Shown here piece by piece: positions 40,338 to 50,068 of a DNA stretch of 64,000 nt (positions are counted from its first letter, which is position 1; each line of letters opens with the position of its first letter). Made by a program: the position numbers and the translations under genes. The DNA lies in the NCBI GenBank assembly GCA_020722565.1, contig DYKO01000010.1, positions 42,673 through 106,672 on the forward strand, in the 5' to 3' direction. This DNA is from Rikenella microfusus (GTDB lineage Bacteria; Bacteroidota; Bacteroidia; Bacteroidales; Tenuifilaceae). Below the pieces are notes generated by a model. That model made no database searches. It saw only the letters and a list, made by a program, of their open reading frames with translations, and had not been told where the DNA came from.

Positions 40338-40369
40338 CAAATATAGCTACATTTTACTTCAAAACCAAA
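40338..40369 (-). promoter_or_regulatory. Bacteroidota housekeeping promoter for rimP-nusA-infB
   Basis: Minus strand TTTG (40369-40366), 20-nt spacer, TATATTTG (40345-40338). Confidence 0.7.
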
Positions 40370-40480
40370 TTATTTATTTGAAAACCAAACCAATTAGTTC
40401 CGATAGGCTGAAAATAGCATCAATTTGTATTGCGAAAATTAAAAAAAATGATGTAATTAGCCTCATAAAACATAGCGATT

Positions 40481-41605
40481 TTGAAAATAGCAGTAAATAC
40501 CAGGTTACTCCTAAAGGGGAAACTCGAAGGGATTGGATGGTTCACCTTTGAAACGCTTAAACGAATTACAGCAAAACATCCAGAACATCAGTTTATTTTC
40601 ATTTTCGACAGGCCGTATGGCTCTGAGTTTATCTTTGGTTCCAATGTTACTCCCGTGGTTATTGGGCCACAGTCGCGACACCCACTTCTTTGGTACTACT
40701 GGTTTGAGCATTCAATCCCTCGCGTGTTAAAGGAAACAAAAGCCGATATTTTTGTTTCGCCTGATGGATACCTATCGCTAAAAACCACTATACCTCAACT
40801 TTCGGTAATTCACGATATTAACTTTTACCACCAGCCCAAAGGATTACCTTGGCTTACATCACGGTACCTTAACCATTACTTTCCTAAATTTGCTAAAAAG
40901 GCAAAACGTATTGTTACAGTAAGCCAATATTCTAAGACAGATATTTCCAATCATTTTTTTGTAGATCCCAAAAACATTGATGTGGTATATAATGGCGCCA
41001 GCGAGCAATTCATTCCACTAGCTCCTGAAAAAATAGCATTGGTTAGAGCAGATCTAACAAACGGAAAACCCTATTTTGTTTTTGTGGGGGCATTTAACCC
41101 CCGAAAAAACTTAGCTCGTTTAATTGAGGCTTATGGTATTTTCCGACGCTCCACAAGTTCCGATGTCAAACTTGTTCTGGTTGGTGAGCCCATGTTTAAA
41201 ACATCGGATATTCAACGTGCATATAAAAAAAGTTCCTACAAAAACGATATAATTTTTATTGGTCGCAAAGGGATTGATGAGTTAACGTGCATTATTGGTG
41301 CAGCACTTGCCATGGTTTACCCGTCAACATTCGAAGGCTTTGGAATCCCGGTTCTGGAAGCCATGAAATGCGGCATTCCCATTGCAGCATCAAAGGCCAC
41401 TGCCATCCCCGAAGTGGCAGGGAATGCAGCAATATATTTCGATCCCTACAGCATCGAAGAAATGGCAAAAGCCATGTTGAGTATCTTTATCGACGCAGAG
41501 CTTCGCAACATGCTTACAAACAGGGCGATTAACAGGGAAAAAGAATTTAGCTGGGATAAAACCACCGAATTGCTGTACAGTAGTATTGAAAAATGTTTTG
41601 TGTGA
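40481..41605 (+). CDS. GT4-family glycosyltransferase
   Basis: 'FVGAFNPRKN' and 'YPSTFEGFGIPVLEAMKCG' (EX7E); TTG start. Confidence 0.9.
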   Translation: MKIAVNTRLLLKGKLEGIGWFTFETLKRITAKHPEHQFIFIFDRPYGSEFIFGSNVTPVVIGPQSRHPLLWYYWFEHSIPRVLKETKADIFVSPDGYLSLKTTIPQLSVIHDINFYHQPKGLPWLTSRYLNHYFPKFAKKAKRIVTVSQYSKTDISNHFFVDPKNIDVVYNGASEQFIPLAPEKIALVRADLTNGKPYFVFVGAFNPRKNLARLIEAYGIFRRSTSSDVKLVLVGEPMFKTSDIQRAYKKSSYKNDIIFIGRKGIDELTCIIGAALAMVYPSTFEGFGIPVLEAMKCGIPIAASKATAIPEVAGNAAIYFDPYSIEEMAKAMLSIFIDAELRNMLTNRAINREKEFSWDKTTELLYSSIEKCFV

Positions 41606-41606
41606 A

Positions 41607-42185
41607 ATGCTTTTACCCTTTCATACTCAGGGATTAATAGAGGCCGGTTGCGACGAAGCCGGAAGGGGCTGTCTGGCTGGACCTGTATTTGCGGCAGCCG
41701 TTATTCTCCCACCTAATTTTAGTCATCCTTTCATAACCGATTCCAAACAGCTAAGTCCCAGGCAGCGACTTGAATATAGAAAAACCATTGAACAAGTGGC
41801 TATTGATTGGGCGGTTGCCAGTGTATCGAATGAAGAAATTGACCGCATCAATATACTAAATGCAGCCATTAAAGCAATGCACCTAGCAATTGGCCAACTT
41901 AAAAAGGTGCAACCCCAGCATTTAATTATTGATGGGAATCGATTCAAAACCTACCCTGGCATTCCCCATACATGTATAGTAAAAGGCGACTCCAAGTATC
42001 TTTCCATTGCGGCTGCATCCATTTTGGCAAAAACCTATCGCGATGAGTTCATGGAAAAAATTAGTAGGGAATACCCTGATTACGGTTGGGAAGTTAATAA
42101 AGGCTATCCCACTAGTAAACATCGGCAGAGCATTGCGCACCTAGGTGTTACACCCTATCACAGACAAAGTTTCCGGTTGCTCTAA
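41607..42185 (+). CDS. rnhB: Ribonuclease HII
   Basis: 'GCDEAGRG', 'DSKQLS', 'IIDGN' and 'KGDSKYLSIAAASILAK'. Likely start 41607. Confidence 0.95.
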   Translation: MLLPFHTQGLIEAGCDEAGRGCLAGPVFAAAVILPPNFSHPFITDSKQLSPRQRLEYRKTIEQVAIDWAVASVSNEEIDRINILNAAIKAMHLAIGQLKKVQPQHLIIDGNRFKTYPGIPHTCIVKGDSKYLSIAAASILAKTYRDEFMEKISREYPDYGWEVNKGYPTSKHRQSIAHLGVTPYHRQSFRLL

Positions 42186-42260
42186 ATACTCTACTTTCTA
42201 ATCACACTTAAACCAAAAGCCATTAAATTTGTCAAAAATCACAAACCAAATAATCGAAAT

Positions 42261-44411
42261 ATGAAAAACCGTTTAATTACATTACTCTTAGGAATTCTGT
42301 TCCTGATAAGTTCGGCGCTGCACGCCGACGAAGGGATGTGGCTACTTCCTCTTTTGAAGAAGTACAACATTGACCTGATGCAACAGAAAGGACTCAAACT
42401 CACTGCCGATGACATCTATAACATTAACCAGGCCAGTATTAAGGATGCCATCATCATTTTTGGCCGAGGCTGTACTGGTGAGGTAGTATCGGAACAGGGA
42501 CTTGTTCTAACCAATCACCATTGTGGATATGATGCCATACAGCAGCACAGCACTCCAGAGCACGACTACCTAACCGATGGTTTTTGGGCAAAATCGTTTG
42601 AAGAAGAATTACCTACCCCGGGACTCACCGCTACCTTCCTAATTCGCTTGGAAGATGTTACCAACCAGGTAATGGCAGCTGTAAAGCCCGAAATGACCGA
42701 TGCTGAACGCGACAAGACAATTATGGAAATCAGTCGCAAAATAGCCCAGGAAGCCAAGCAGGGAACCCACTATACAACCAGCGTAAGGAGTTTTTTTGGG
42801 GGAAATCAGTTCTTCCTTCTGGTTTATGAAGTTTTCAACGATGTGAGGCTGGTAGGTGCTCCGCCTTCATCAATTGGAAAGTTCGGTCATGATACTGACA
42901 ATTGGATGTGGCCCCGCCACACCGGCGATTTCTCAGTTTTCCGCATATATGCCAATAAGGATAATCAACCCGCCGAATACTCTCCCAGCAATGTTCCCTA
43001 CAAGCCCAAATACTTCCTTCCAATATCCCTAAAGGGGGTTCAAAATGGAGATTTCACCATGATTATTGGTTACCCAGGAAGAACGCAGCGCTACATGACC
43101 TCCTTTGAGGTTGATGAGCGCATTAAGATTGATAACGCAAACCGAATCTTCATTAGGGGTGTAAAGCAGGATATCTGGCTGAAGGATATGCGGGCCGACA
43201 AAACTGTTAATATTAAGTACGCATCAAAATATGCAGGGTCTAGCAACTACTGGAAAAATTCCATTGGCATGAATAAGGCGCTTAAGCGCCTTAAGGTTTA
43301 CGACTACAAAAAGCAAGAGGAAGAAGAATTTACCAAGTGGATTCAGGCTAACCCTGAGCGACAGAAAAAATATGGCGAAGCTATTGCCCTTATAAGCGAG
43401 GGCGTTTCGGGACGCAAGGAGTACTATCATGCTAGTCAGTATATCAACGAGGCTCTTTTCAGCGGAACCGAAATCGTAGGTTTTGCCACCATGGCCACTC
43501 AACTAGCCAAAGCTCTGCAAAAGAATAATGATGAAGAAATCAATAAAATCTCCAGCTTACTCAAAACCCGTTCAGTCCGATTCTACAAAAATTACAATGC
43601 CTCAACCGACCAAAAATCGGCTAAAGCCATGTTCCGCATTTTCATGGAGAACGTCCCCGTAGCCTATCAGCCCGATATTTTCAACACCATTCGCATAAAG
43701 TATAAGGGAAACATCGATAAGTTTATTGATGCAATGTTTAATAAAACCATGTTTACGGATTCCACTAAATTTTATGCATTCCTGGCAAAACCAAATTTAA
43801 AGATTCTTGAAAAGGATCCGGTTTACATGGTTGCTAAGTCGGTTCTAGCAAAGGCCGAAGAAATTGGCAAGTTAATGGCACCCTTTAACGAGAAACTTCA
43901 AAGGGGACAAAGGCTCTATATAGCAGGTGTACTCGAAATGAATGAAAACAAACCCATGTACCCCGATGCCAATTTTACCATGCGCCTTACCTACGGCGAG
44001 GTTAAGGATTACTATCCCATGGATGCAGTACACTACAATTACTTTACCACCCTTGATGGAGTAATGGAGAAGGAAGATCCGGATAACTGGGAATTTGTGG
44101 TATCGGATAAACTCAAGGAACTTTACAATTCAAAAGATTATGGCCGATACGGGGAAAACGGGAAAATGCCTGTGGCATTTATCTCCACCAACGATATAAC
44201 CGGAGGAAACTCAGGCAGTCCAGTTATGAATGGAAATGGCGAACTAATTGGTATTGCCTTCGACGGCAACTGGGAAGCCATGAGCGGCGATATCGTTTTT
44301 GAGAAAAACTTGCAACGAACCATTTCGGTGGATATCCGTTACGTTTTATTTGTAATTGACAAATTTGCCGGGGCAACCCGCTTAATTGATGAAATGAAGA
44401 TTGTTGAGTAA
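42261..44411 (+). CDS. dpp7: S46 dipeptidyl-peptidase, DPP7-type
   Basis: 'DEGMW', 'TNHHC', 'TGGNSGSPV', and 'FDGNWE' with Gly at the S1 position (DPP7-like; DPP11 has Arg). Confidence 0.85.
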   Translation: MKNRLITLLLGILFLISSALHADEGMWLLPLLKKYNIDLMQQKGLKLTADDIYNINQASIKDAIIIFGRGCTGEVVSEQGLVLTNHHCGYDAIQQHSTPEHDYLTDGFWAKSFEEELPTPGLTATFLIRLEDVTNQVMAAVKPEMTDAERDKTIMEISRKIAQEAKQGTHYTTSVRSFFGGNQFFLLVYEVFNDVRLVGAPPSSIGKFGHDTDNWMWPRHTGDFSVFRIYANKDNQPAEYSPSNVPYKPKYFLPISLKGVQNGDFTMIIGYPGRTQRYMTSFEVDERIKIDNANRIFIRGVKQDIWLKDMRADKTVNIKYASKYAGSSNYWKNSIGMNKALKRLKVYDYKKQEEEEFTKWIQANPERQKKYGEAIALISEGVSGRKEYYHASQYINEALFSGTEIVGFATMATQLAKALQKNNDEEINKISSLLKTRSVRFYKNYNASTDQKSAKAMFRIFMENVPVAYQPDIFNTIRIKYKGNIDKFIDAMFNKTMFTDSTKFYAFLAKPNLKILEKDPVYMVAKSVLAKAEEIGKLMAPFNEKLQRGQRLYIAGVLEMNENKPMYPDANFTMRLTYGEVKDYYPMDAVHYNYFTTLDGVMEKEDPDNWEFVVSDKLKELYNSKDYGRYGENGKMPVAFISTNDITGGNSGSPVMNGNGELIGIAFDGNWEAMSGDIVFEKNLQRTISVDIRYVLFVIDKFAGATRLIDEMKIVE

Positions 44412-44435
44412 AAAGTCTTCAACTTATTATTATTT

Positions 44436-44460
44436 AAAAAGCCGGGTATTACCCGGCTTT
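44436..44460 (+). terminator. Intrinsic terminator after dpp7
   Basis: aaaaa-gccgggta-t-tacccggc-ttt. Confidence 0.75.
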
Positions 44461-44642
44461 CCTTTAATAACCTATTGTCCCCATCCCCCATAAAAATAAC
44501 ATTGAAAAACTTAACCGCCTATCTCATTAAAATAAGGAAAGTTTTTATCGTATAAAAATTTTTTTTTATCACATCTAATAGTATACTTCGTCAAAATATT
44601 TTACCTTTAGTAGAAAAATTTGAGAACTTTTGTGTTATATAA

Positions 44643-45197
44643 ATGAATATAACTAATTTAGCATCCAACTCAAATAATCCAGTGGAAAAAGAAGTGTTGA
44701 TTGATCATTACGGGCCCCTATCGTATGAGGAAATAGGATTCCTGCTCAACAAGATGACCTCTTTGTTGGTACGATACAATTTTGGCATTACTATCCGAAA
44801 AAAGGTATATGCTGCCATGGTGGAAAGCCTTGAGAATATTTACAAGCATCAGGACATAATCCACGACAACAGCAACTACCAACCTAAGTTCACCTTGATA
44901 CTACTCCCGAATCAAATTGACCTTACCTGTTCAAACTCGGTACTAAAAATTAAAACCACTACACTTAGGGAACGATTGAACAAGGTAAACCAACTCGATA
45001 AAAAGGGTCTTAAGGAGTTCTACAAAGAGGTAATTCTTAACGGCAATGTTACCCAGAAAGGTGGAGCTGGATTAGGAATCATTAACATTGCAAAGGTTAC
45101 GGAAAATAAATTGGAATTTTTGTTCGAAGATATCGATGACAAGTTTACCTATTTCACCCTAAAGGTTAAAGTTTCAGTACAATCTCAGCAAAATTAA
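44643..45197 (+). CDS. SiaB-family (GHKL-like) protein kinase
   Basis: 'MVESLENIYKH' N-box and 'KGGAGLGII' G-box; directly upstream of two SiaC genes. Confidence 0.8.
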   Translation: MNITNLASNSNNPVEKEVLIDHYGPLSYEEIGFLLNKMTSLLVRYNFGITIRKKVYAAMVESLENIYKHQDIIHDNSNYQPKFTLILLPNQIDLTCSNSVLKIKTTTLRERLNKVNQLDKKGLKEFYKEVILNGNVTQKGGAGLGIINIAKVTENKLEFLFEDIDDKFTYFTLKVKVSVQSQQN

Positions 45198-45201
45198 TAC
45201 T

Positions 45202-45612
45202 ATGGAACCATTGTACATAGAACCCAGCGAGTTTACACCTAGGGTGTTTTTTGACCCTGCTAATTCCGTTTTCGAAATATCTGGATTTTCAAGACCTGAA
45301 AATACTGTTGGTTTCTATAAACCCCTCATTAAATGGCTTGAAGATTACGAAGATTCCGTCCTCTCAAAGAACACTCAATTTAATAAAAGTAATCTCGTTT
45401 TTAACTTTAAACTCACCTACTTTAACTCTGCCTCCTCCAAATTTTTGCTCGATATCCTTATGTTGTTCATGAAATTTCATTCCAAGGGAAATAATGTTGA
45501 GATTAACTGGTACTACGACGAAGACGACGATGAAATATTTGAATCAGGTGAAGAAATATCCGAAATGGTCAACTTCCCTTTCAATTTTATAGCAATTACA
45601 CCAAATACCTAG
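45202..45612 (+). CDS. SiaC/DUF1987 family regulatory phosphoprotein
   Basis: 'TPRVFFD...SGFSRPEN...FYKP', 'YFNSASSK' and 'INWYYDEDD'. Confidence 0.85.
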   Translation: MEPLYIEPSEFTPRVFFDPANSVFEISGFSRPENTVGFYKPLIKWLEDYEDSVLSKNTQFNKSNLVFNFKLTYFNSASSKFLLDILMLFMKFHSKGNNVEINWYYDEDDDEIFESGEEISEMVNFPFNFIAITPNT

Positions 45613-45624
45613 GAATATCACGCT

Positions 45625-46026
45625 ATGGATCCACTTATCATAAATCCAACAAATACAACTCCTTTTATAAATTTTGATCCAGAAAAAGGAACTATGGAAA
45701 TTTCGGGATATTCACGCCCCGAGAATGTTAGAATTTTCTATGAACCAGTTCTGAACTGGCTTGAAACCCTTAAAAGCAACTTGCTTGATAAAATAAAGTC
45801 CGAGGAAAGAATCGATCCCATAAATTTCAATTTTAAACTAATTTACTTTAATTCATCCTCTGCTAAATTCCTTTACGATGTTGTTATCATCTTGAACGAA
45901 ATACAACACTTTGATATTCCCTTAAGCATCAACTGGTACTACGATAAAGAAGACTCAGAGCTCCGCGAAGCAGGAGAAGATTTATCGGAACTGGCGCAGG
46001 GTAAATTTAACTTTATTGCACAATAG
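45625..46026 (+). CDS. SiaC/DUF1987 family regulatory phosphoprotein
   Basis: 'TPFINFD...SGYSRPEN...FYEP', 'YFNSSSAK' and 'INWYYDKED'. Confidence 0.85.
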   Translation: MDPLIINPTNTTPFINFDPEKGTMEISGYSRPENVRIFYEPVLNWLETLKSNLLDKIKSEERIDPINFNFKLIYFNSSSAKFLYDVVIILNEIQHFDIPLSINWYYDKEDSELREAGEDLSELAQGKFNFIAQ

Positions 46027-46112
46027 CCTAACCCTTTAGGAAAATTAGATTGGAACAAGCACTTGCTCCACTTAACTATTTTCTATATTTGATAAGTTAA
46101 TAAGCCCAACAT

Positions 46113-46622
46113 ATGCTTGATATTAAATTACATCTTGCAGGATCAAAACCAGAAATATATAGACTGATTAGGATCAACAATTCCCTGAACCTACAGCTTA
46201 TTCATGAAGTAATTCAAGCAGCCTTTAGTTGGAATAACATGCATACCCATTTATTCCGAACTCCCGATAATGCAATTATTAAAAATGAGGAAGAGATGAG
46301 CATTATCGAAGCTTTTAGAAAATGGGAAAGATTGATTTACATCTATGATCTTGCCGATTACTGGACTGTAGAAATAACCCTCCAAAATAAAAGTTCTGAA
46401 TTCTCCAAGAAGAAACCAGTTTGCCTTGAAGGCCAGGGGAAATCGCCACCCGAGGATTCCGGGGGCATTATTAATTACTGCGAGGTTATTGAGCTGTATT
46501 CGAATCATAAAACTGGCAAGCGCCAGTACCCACTTATAGCCGAGTGGCTCGGCGATGATTTTGATCCCCTCAATTTTGATTGCAATGAGGTAAACCAAAA
46601 CCTTAAAAACTTAGTTATTTAA
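46113..46622 (+). CDS. Plasmid pRiA4b ORF-3 family protein
   Basis: 'LIHEVIQAAFSWNNMHTHLF', 'YIYDLADYW' and 'CLEGQGKSPPEDSGG'. Confidence 0.8.
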   Translation: MLDIKLHLAGSKPEIYRLIRINNSLNLQLIHEVIQAAFSWNNMHTHLFRTPDNAIIKNEEEMSIIEAFRKWERLIYIYDLADYWTVEITLQNKSSEFSKKKPVCLEGQGKSPPEDSGGIINYCEVIELYSNHKTGKRQYPLIAEWLGDDFDPLNFDCNEVNQNLKNLVI

Positions 46623-46626
46623 GACC

Positions 46627-47130
46627 ATGAGCTACCGTGGCGATCCATTGGTTTACGAAACACTTAACAAGCTTTCCATCCCTTTTGAATACCATGAGCA
46701 TCCTGAGGCGCCTACAGTTGAAGTTGCTTCAAGGTATTGGAAAGACATTGCCTCAACGCATTGTAAAAACCTTTTTTTCAGGAACCATAAAGGAAACAAA
46801 CACTATCTTGTAATTTTAGAGTACAGAAAGATGCTCGACATCCATCAGTTGGAAAAATTGTTGAAGCAGGGGAAGCTGACCCTTGCCTCACCCGAGCGAA
46901 TGAAACGATTTTTGGGGCTAAAACCTGGTTCTGTATCTCCTTTCGGGTTGCTTTACGATTCCCAACACCATGTTCATCTATTTATCGATAGCGAACTCAA
47001 ATCCACTCAACGCCTAAGTTTTCATCCTAATCTGAATACCGCCTCACTGGTAATACCAACCAGTGAATTTTTCAGGTTTCTGGATTGGGTGGGTAACCCC
47101 TACGATTTCATCGACTACTTTGACAGCTAA
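46627..47130 (+). CDS. YbaK/ProX (PrdX) prolyl-tRNA editing domain protein
   Basis: 'EHPEAPTVE', 'CKNLFFR', 'GSVSPFGL' and 'FHPNLNTAS'. Confidence 0.85.
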   Translation: MSYRGDPLVYETLNKLSIPFEYHEHPEAPTVEVASRYWKDIASTHCKNLFFRNHKGNKHYLVILEYRKMLDIHQLEKLLKQGKLTLASPERMKRFLGLKPGSVSPFGLLYDSQHHVHLFIDSELKSTQRLSFHPNLNTASLVIPTSEFFRFLDWVGNPYDFIDYFDS

Positions 47131-47145
47131 CATCACGTATAACTT

Positions 47146-47175
47146 AAAAAGCCATCCTTTGGGATGGCTTTTTTT
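47146..47175. terminator. Bidirectional terminator between the editing-domain gene and nrdJ
   Basis: aaaaagccatcc-tttg-ggatggcttttt. Confidence 0.85.
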
Positions 47176-47192
47176 ATTTTGGCGAACAACCA

Positions 47193-49757
47193 TTATCCAC
47201 ACTTGGAATAACCGCAATTCTTGCAGGTTAAACACCCCTCCTGGTAAACCAATGATTCCGAGCCACACTCCGGGCATTTTTTCCCGGGCTTTGCCTTAGT
47301 TCCATCGGGGATATATCTACGCAATGAGCGTTCTACTCCGGCAATCCATGAATTAATGCTTTCGTTATCGAGCCTTAACGATGAAACCAGATTCACTACA
47401 TCGGGAATGGGCATTCCATTGCGGAGCACTCCAGAAATCAACTTGGCATAGTTCCAGAACTCTTTGTTAAACATATGTGATAATCCGCCAAGTGTATTGG
47501 TGTAACCATACTTATCTACGTATTGAAAGTCGTACCGACTTCCATTTTCGTCCTTAATCTTGATAATTTTACCCATGGTAACAGATTTAGGAATGGGTAG
47601 CACATCATCCTCTGTTCTTCCGGTAAATATTTCATACGGACGCCCCTCGTATAAACCTACAAATGCAACCCAATCCTCAGAGTTATTCTTAAAACGAATT
47701 ACATCGCAATCCAGCACTGGTGGGCGCTTACTTGGGAAAGTTGAGCTACTAGTTTGTTCCTTCTCTTTCTTACCGGATACCAGCACTCCCTCACGTGAGC
47801 CCTCGCGGTAAACAGTACAACCCTTACAGCCATACTCCCAGGCAGTTTGGTAAACCTTTGCCACCATCTCTTCGGTTATATTCTCGGGTAGGTTAACGGT
47901 TACGCTTATGGAATGGTCAACCCATTTCTGAATCATGCCCTGCATGCGCACCTTGCTCACCCAATCCACATCGTTGGATGTTGCCCTATAGTAAGGCGAT
48001 TTTTTCACCAACTCCTGAATTTGCTCCTCATCATAGTTCTTAACCTCTTCGGGGTTGTATCCGTTTACCTCCATCCAAGTCAAAAACTTATGGTGGAAAA
48101 CATTGTACTCCTCCCATGAGTCGCCTACCTTATCAACAAAAGTTACCTTAACGTTTTTATCGTTAGGATTAACCTTGCGGCGGCGCTTGTAGTAGGGCAT
48201 GAACACTGGCTCAATACCCGATGTGGTTTGGGTCATTAGGCTGGTTGTGCCTGTGGGGGCAATGGTAAGCAGTGCAATGTTCCTACGGCCATACTCGGTC
48301 ATTTCTTTGTAAAGCTCTTCATCCTCAGCTTTAATTCGATTGATGAACGGATTATCCTTTTCGCGTTGGGCGCTATAAATGGGAAAAGCACCACGTTCCT
48401 TAGCCGTATAAACCGATGAACGGTAGGCCTCAAGGGCAAGGGTTTTGTGCACCTCAACAGCAAAGTCGGTTGCGTTATCGGATCCATAGCGTAGGTTAAG
48501 AGCTGCTAGCATATCGCCTTCGGCGGTGATACCAATACCGGTACGGCGGCCCTCAATGGTCTTGCGACGAATTTTCAACCAAAGATTTCGCTCTACCGAT
48601 TTAATCTCATCGTCCTCGGGATCGTTGGCAATTTTATCCAGAATAGCATCTATCTTTTCCAATTCCAGATCGATTATGTCGTCCATCAATCGCTGTGCAG
48701 CATGTACATGCTTTTTAAAGAGGGCGAAGTTGAAGTGGGCCTGTGGAGTGAACGGCTCCTCAACATATCCGTAAAGGTTGAGTGCCATCAGGCGGCAGCT
48801 ATCGTATGGACAGAGGGGTATTTCGCCACAGGGATTGGTTGCAACGGTTTTGTAACCCAAATCGGCATAGCAATCGGGTACCGATTCCCTTATAATTGTG
48901 TCCCAGAAGAGTATGCCCGGCTCTGCCGATTTCCATGCATTGTGTATAATCTTTTCCCAGAGATCGCTGGCATTAATCTCCTGACGGAATTTAGGATTGG
49001 TAGAATCGACAGGGTACTGCTGAACGTATGTTCTGCCCTCAATGGCGGCACGCATAAACTCATCGTCAATCTTAACCGACACGTTGGCTCCAGTAACCTT
49101 GCCTGCCTCCATTTTGGCATCAACAAACTTTTCGGAATCGGGGTGCTTAATGGAAATGGTGAGCATAAGAGCACCCCTGCGACCATCCTGTGCAACCTCG
49201 CGGGTGGAGTTGGAGTAACGCTCCATAAAGGGAACCACTCCGGTAGAGGTTAGGGCGCTATTCAGTACTGGACTACCCTTAGGGCGAATGTGCGATAAAT
49301 CGTGACCTACGCCCCCTCGGCGTTTCATGAGCTGAACCTGTTCCTCATCAACCTTCATAATTCCGCCATAGGAGTCGGCATTGTTGTTACCTATTACAAA
49401 GCAGTTGGAGAGCGAAGCAATTTGATATTTATTGCCGATACCGGTCATTGGCCCCCCCTGCGGCACAATATACCTGAAATCCTTAAGTAGGAGATATATC
49501 TCCTCTTCGGATAATGGATTGGGGAACTTTCGCTCAATACGTGCCAGCTCCCGGGCCAGGCGCCAATGCATATCGTCGGGAGTGAGCTCGTAAATAGTAC
49601 CAAACGAATCCTTAAGTGCATACTTGCTGACCCACACTTTTGCGGCCATCTCGTCGCCCTTAAAATACTTAACACTTGCTTCGTAGGCCTCGTCGAAGGT
49701 GTACGATTTTACTTTTTGCTTTACTGCTTGATCCATTAGGGTATATTTTTCACTCAT
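47193..49757 (-). CDS. nrdJ: Class II (adenosylcobalamin-dependent) ribonucleotide reductase
   Basis: 'SLSNCFV', 'TNPCGEIPL', 'IAPTGTTS', 'DHSISVT' and a C-terminal Zn-ribbon 'CPECG...CKNCG'; no beta subunit nearby. Likely start MSEKY at 49757. Confidence 0.92.
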   Translation of the reverse strand: MSEKYTLMDQAVKQKVKSYTFDEAYEASVKYFKGDEMAAKVWVSKYALKDSFGTIYELTPDDMHWRLARELARIERKFPNPLSEEEIYLLLKDFRYIVPQGGPMTGIGNKYQIASLSNCFVIGNNNADSYGGIMKVDEEQVQLMKRRGGVGHDLSHIRPKGSPVLNSALTSTGVVPFMERYSNSTREVAQDGRRGALMLTISIKHPDSEKFVDAKMEAGKVTGANVSVKIDDEFMRAAIEGRTYVQQYPVDSTNPKFRQEINASDLWEKIIHNAWKSAEPGILFWDTIIRESVPDCYADLGYKTVATNPCGEIPLCPYDSCRLMALNLYGYVEEPFTPQAHFNFALFKKHVHAAQRLMDDIIDLELEKIDAILDKIANDPEDDEIKSVERNLWLKIRRKTIEGRRTGIGITAEGDMLAALNLRYGSDNATDFAVEVHKTLALEAYRSSVYTAKERGAFPIYSAQREKDNPFINRIKAEDEELYKEMTEYGRRNIALLTIAPTGTTSLMTQTTSGIEPVFMPYYKRRRKVNPNDKNVKVTFVDKVGDSWEEYNVFHHKFLTWMEVNGYNPEEVKNYDEEQIQELVKKSPYYRATSNDVDWVSKVRMQGMIQKWVDHSISVTVNLPENITEEMVAKVYQTAWEYGCKGCTVYREGSREGVLVSGKKEKEQTSSSTFPSKRPPVLDCDVIRFKNNSEDWVAFVGLYEGRPYEIFTGRTEDDVLPIPKSVTMGKIIKIKDENGSRYDFQYVDKYGYTNTLGGLSHMFNKEFWNYAKLISGVLRNGMPIPDVVNLVSSLRLDNESINSWIAGVERSLRRYIPDGTKAKPGKKCPECGSESLVYQEGCLTCKNCGYSKCG

Positions 49758-50011
49758 TGTTGGTTGTATTTTTTTAATTTTTTTGACAACACCTAAACAT
49801 CCCACAACTTTGGCTATGAGCCATTTTCTTGATTTTTCTGTTTGAAAATGTATTTACGAATTTATTGAAGATTACCACCCAAACCAAAAAATTGCCCTCG
49901 TAAATATTAACATTCGCATACAGTTATTAACAAGATAACAAACTGAAAACCTGATTATTATTGAGTAATTTGATATTGAGATACTTGAGGCTAATGCCCC
50001 ACTATAACAGG

Positions 50012-50044
50012 AAAAAGAAAAGGGCGAAGCATTGCTTCGCCCCT
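50012..50044 (-). terminator. Intrinsic terminator after the TBDR-lipoprotein pair
   Basis: gggcgaagc-att-gcttcgccc with an A-tract on the plus strand (U-tract on the minus strand). Confidence 0.75.
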
Positions 50045-50068
50045 AAAAGTTATAAAATAGCGTGGTGC

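Noticed and set aside
46113-46622. pRiA4b ORF-3 family gene as evidence of an integrated plasmid
   Set aside because: This family is commonly chromosomal, and there are no rep, mob, par or integrase genes nearby.
49760-50010. Possible NrdR boxes or cobalamin riboswitch upstream of nrdJ
   Set aside because: I could not find a convincing acaCwAtATaTwGtg-like pair or B12-element core motifs by eye. An Rfam/PWM scan would be needed.
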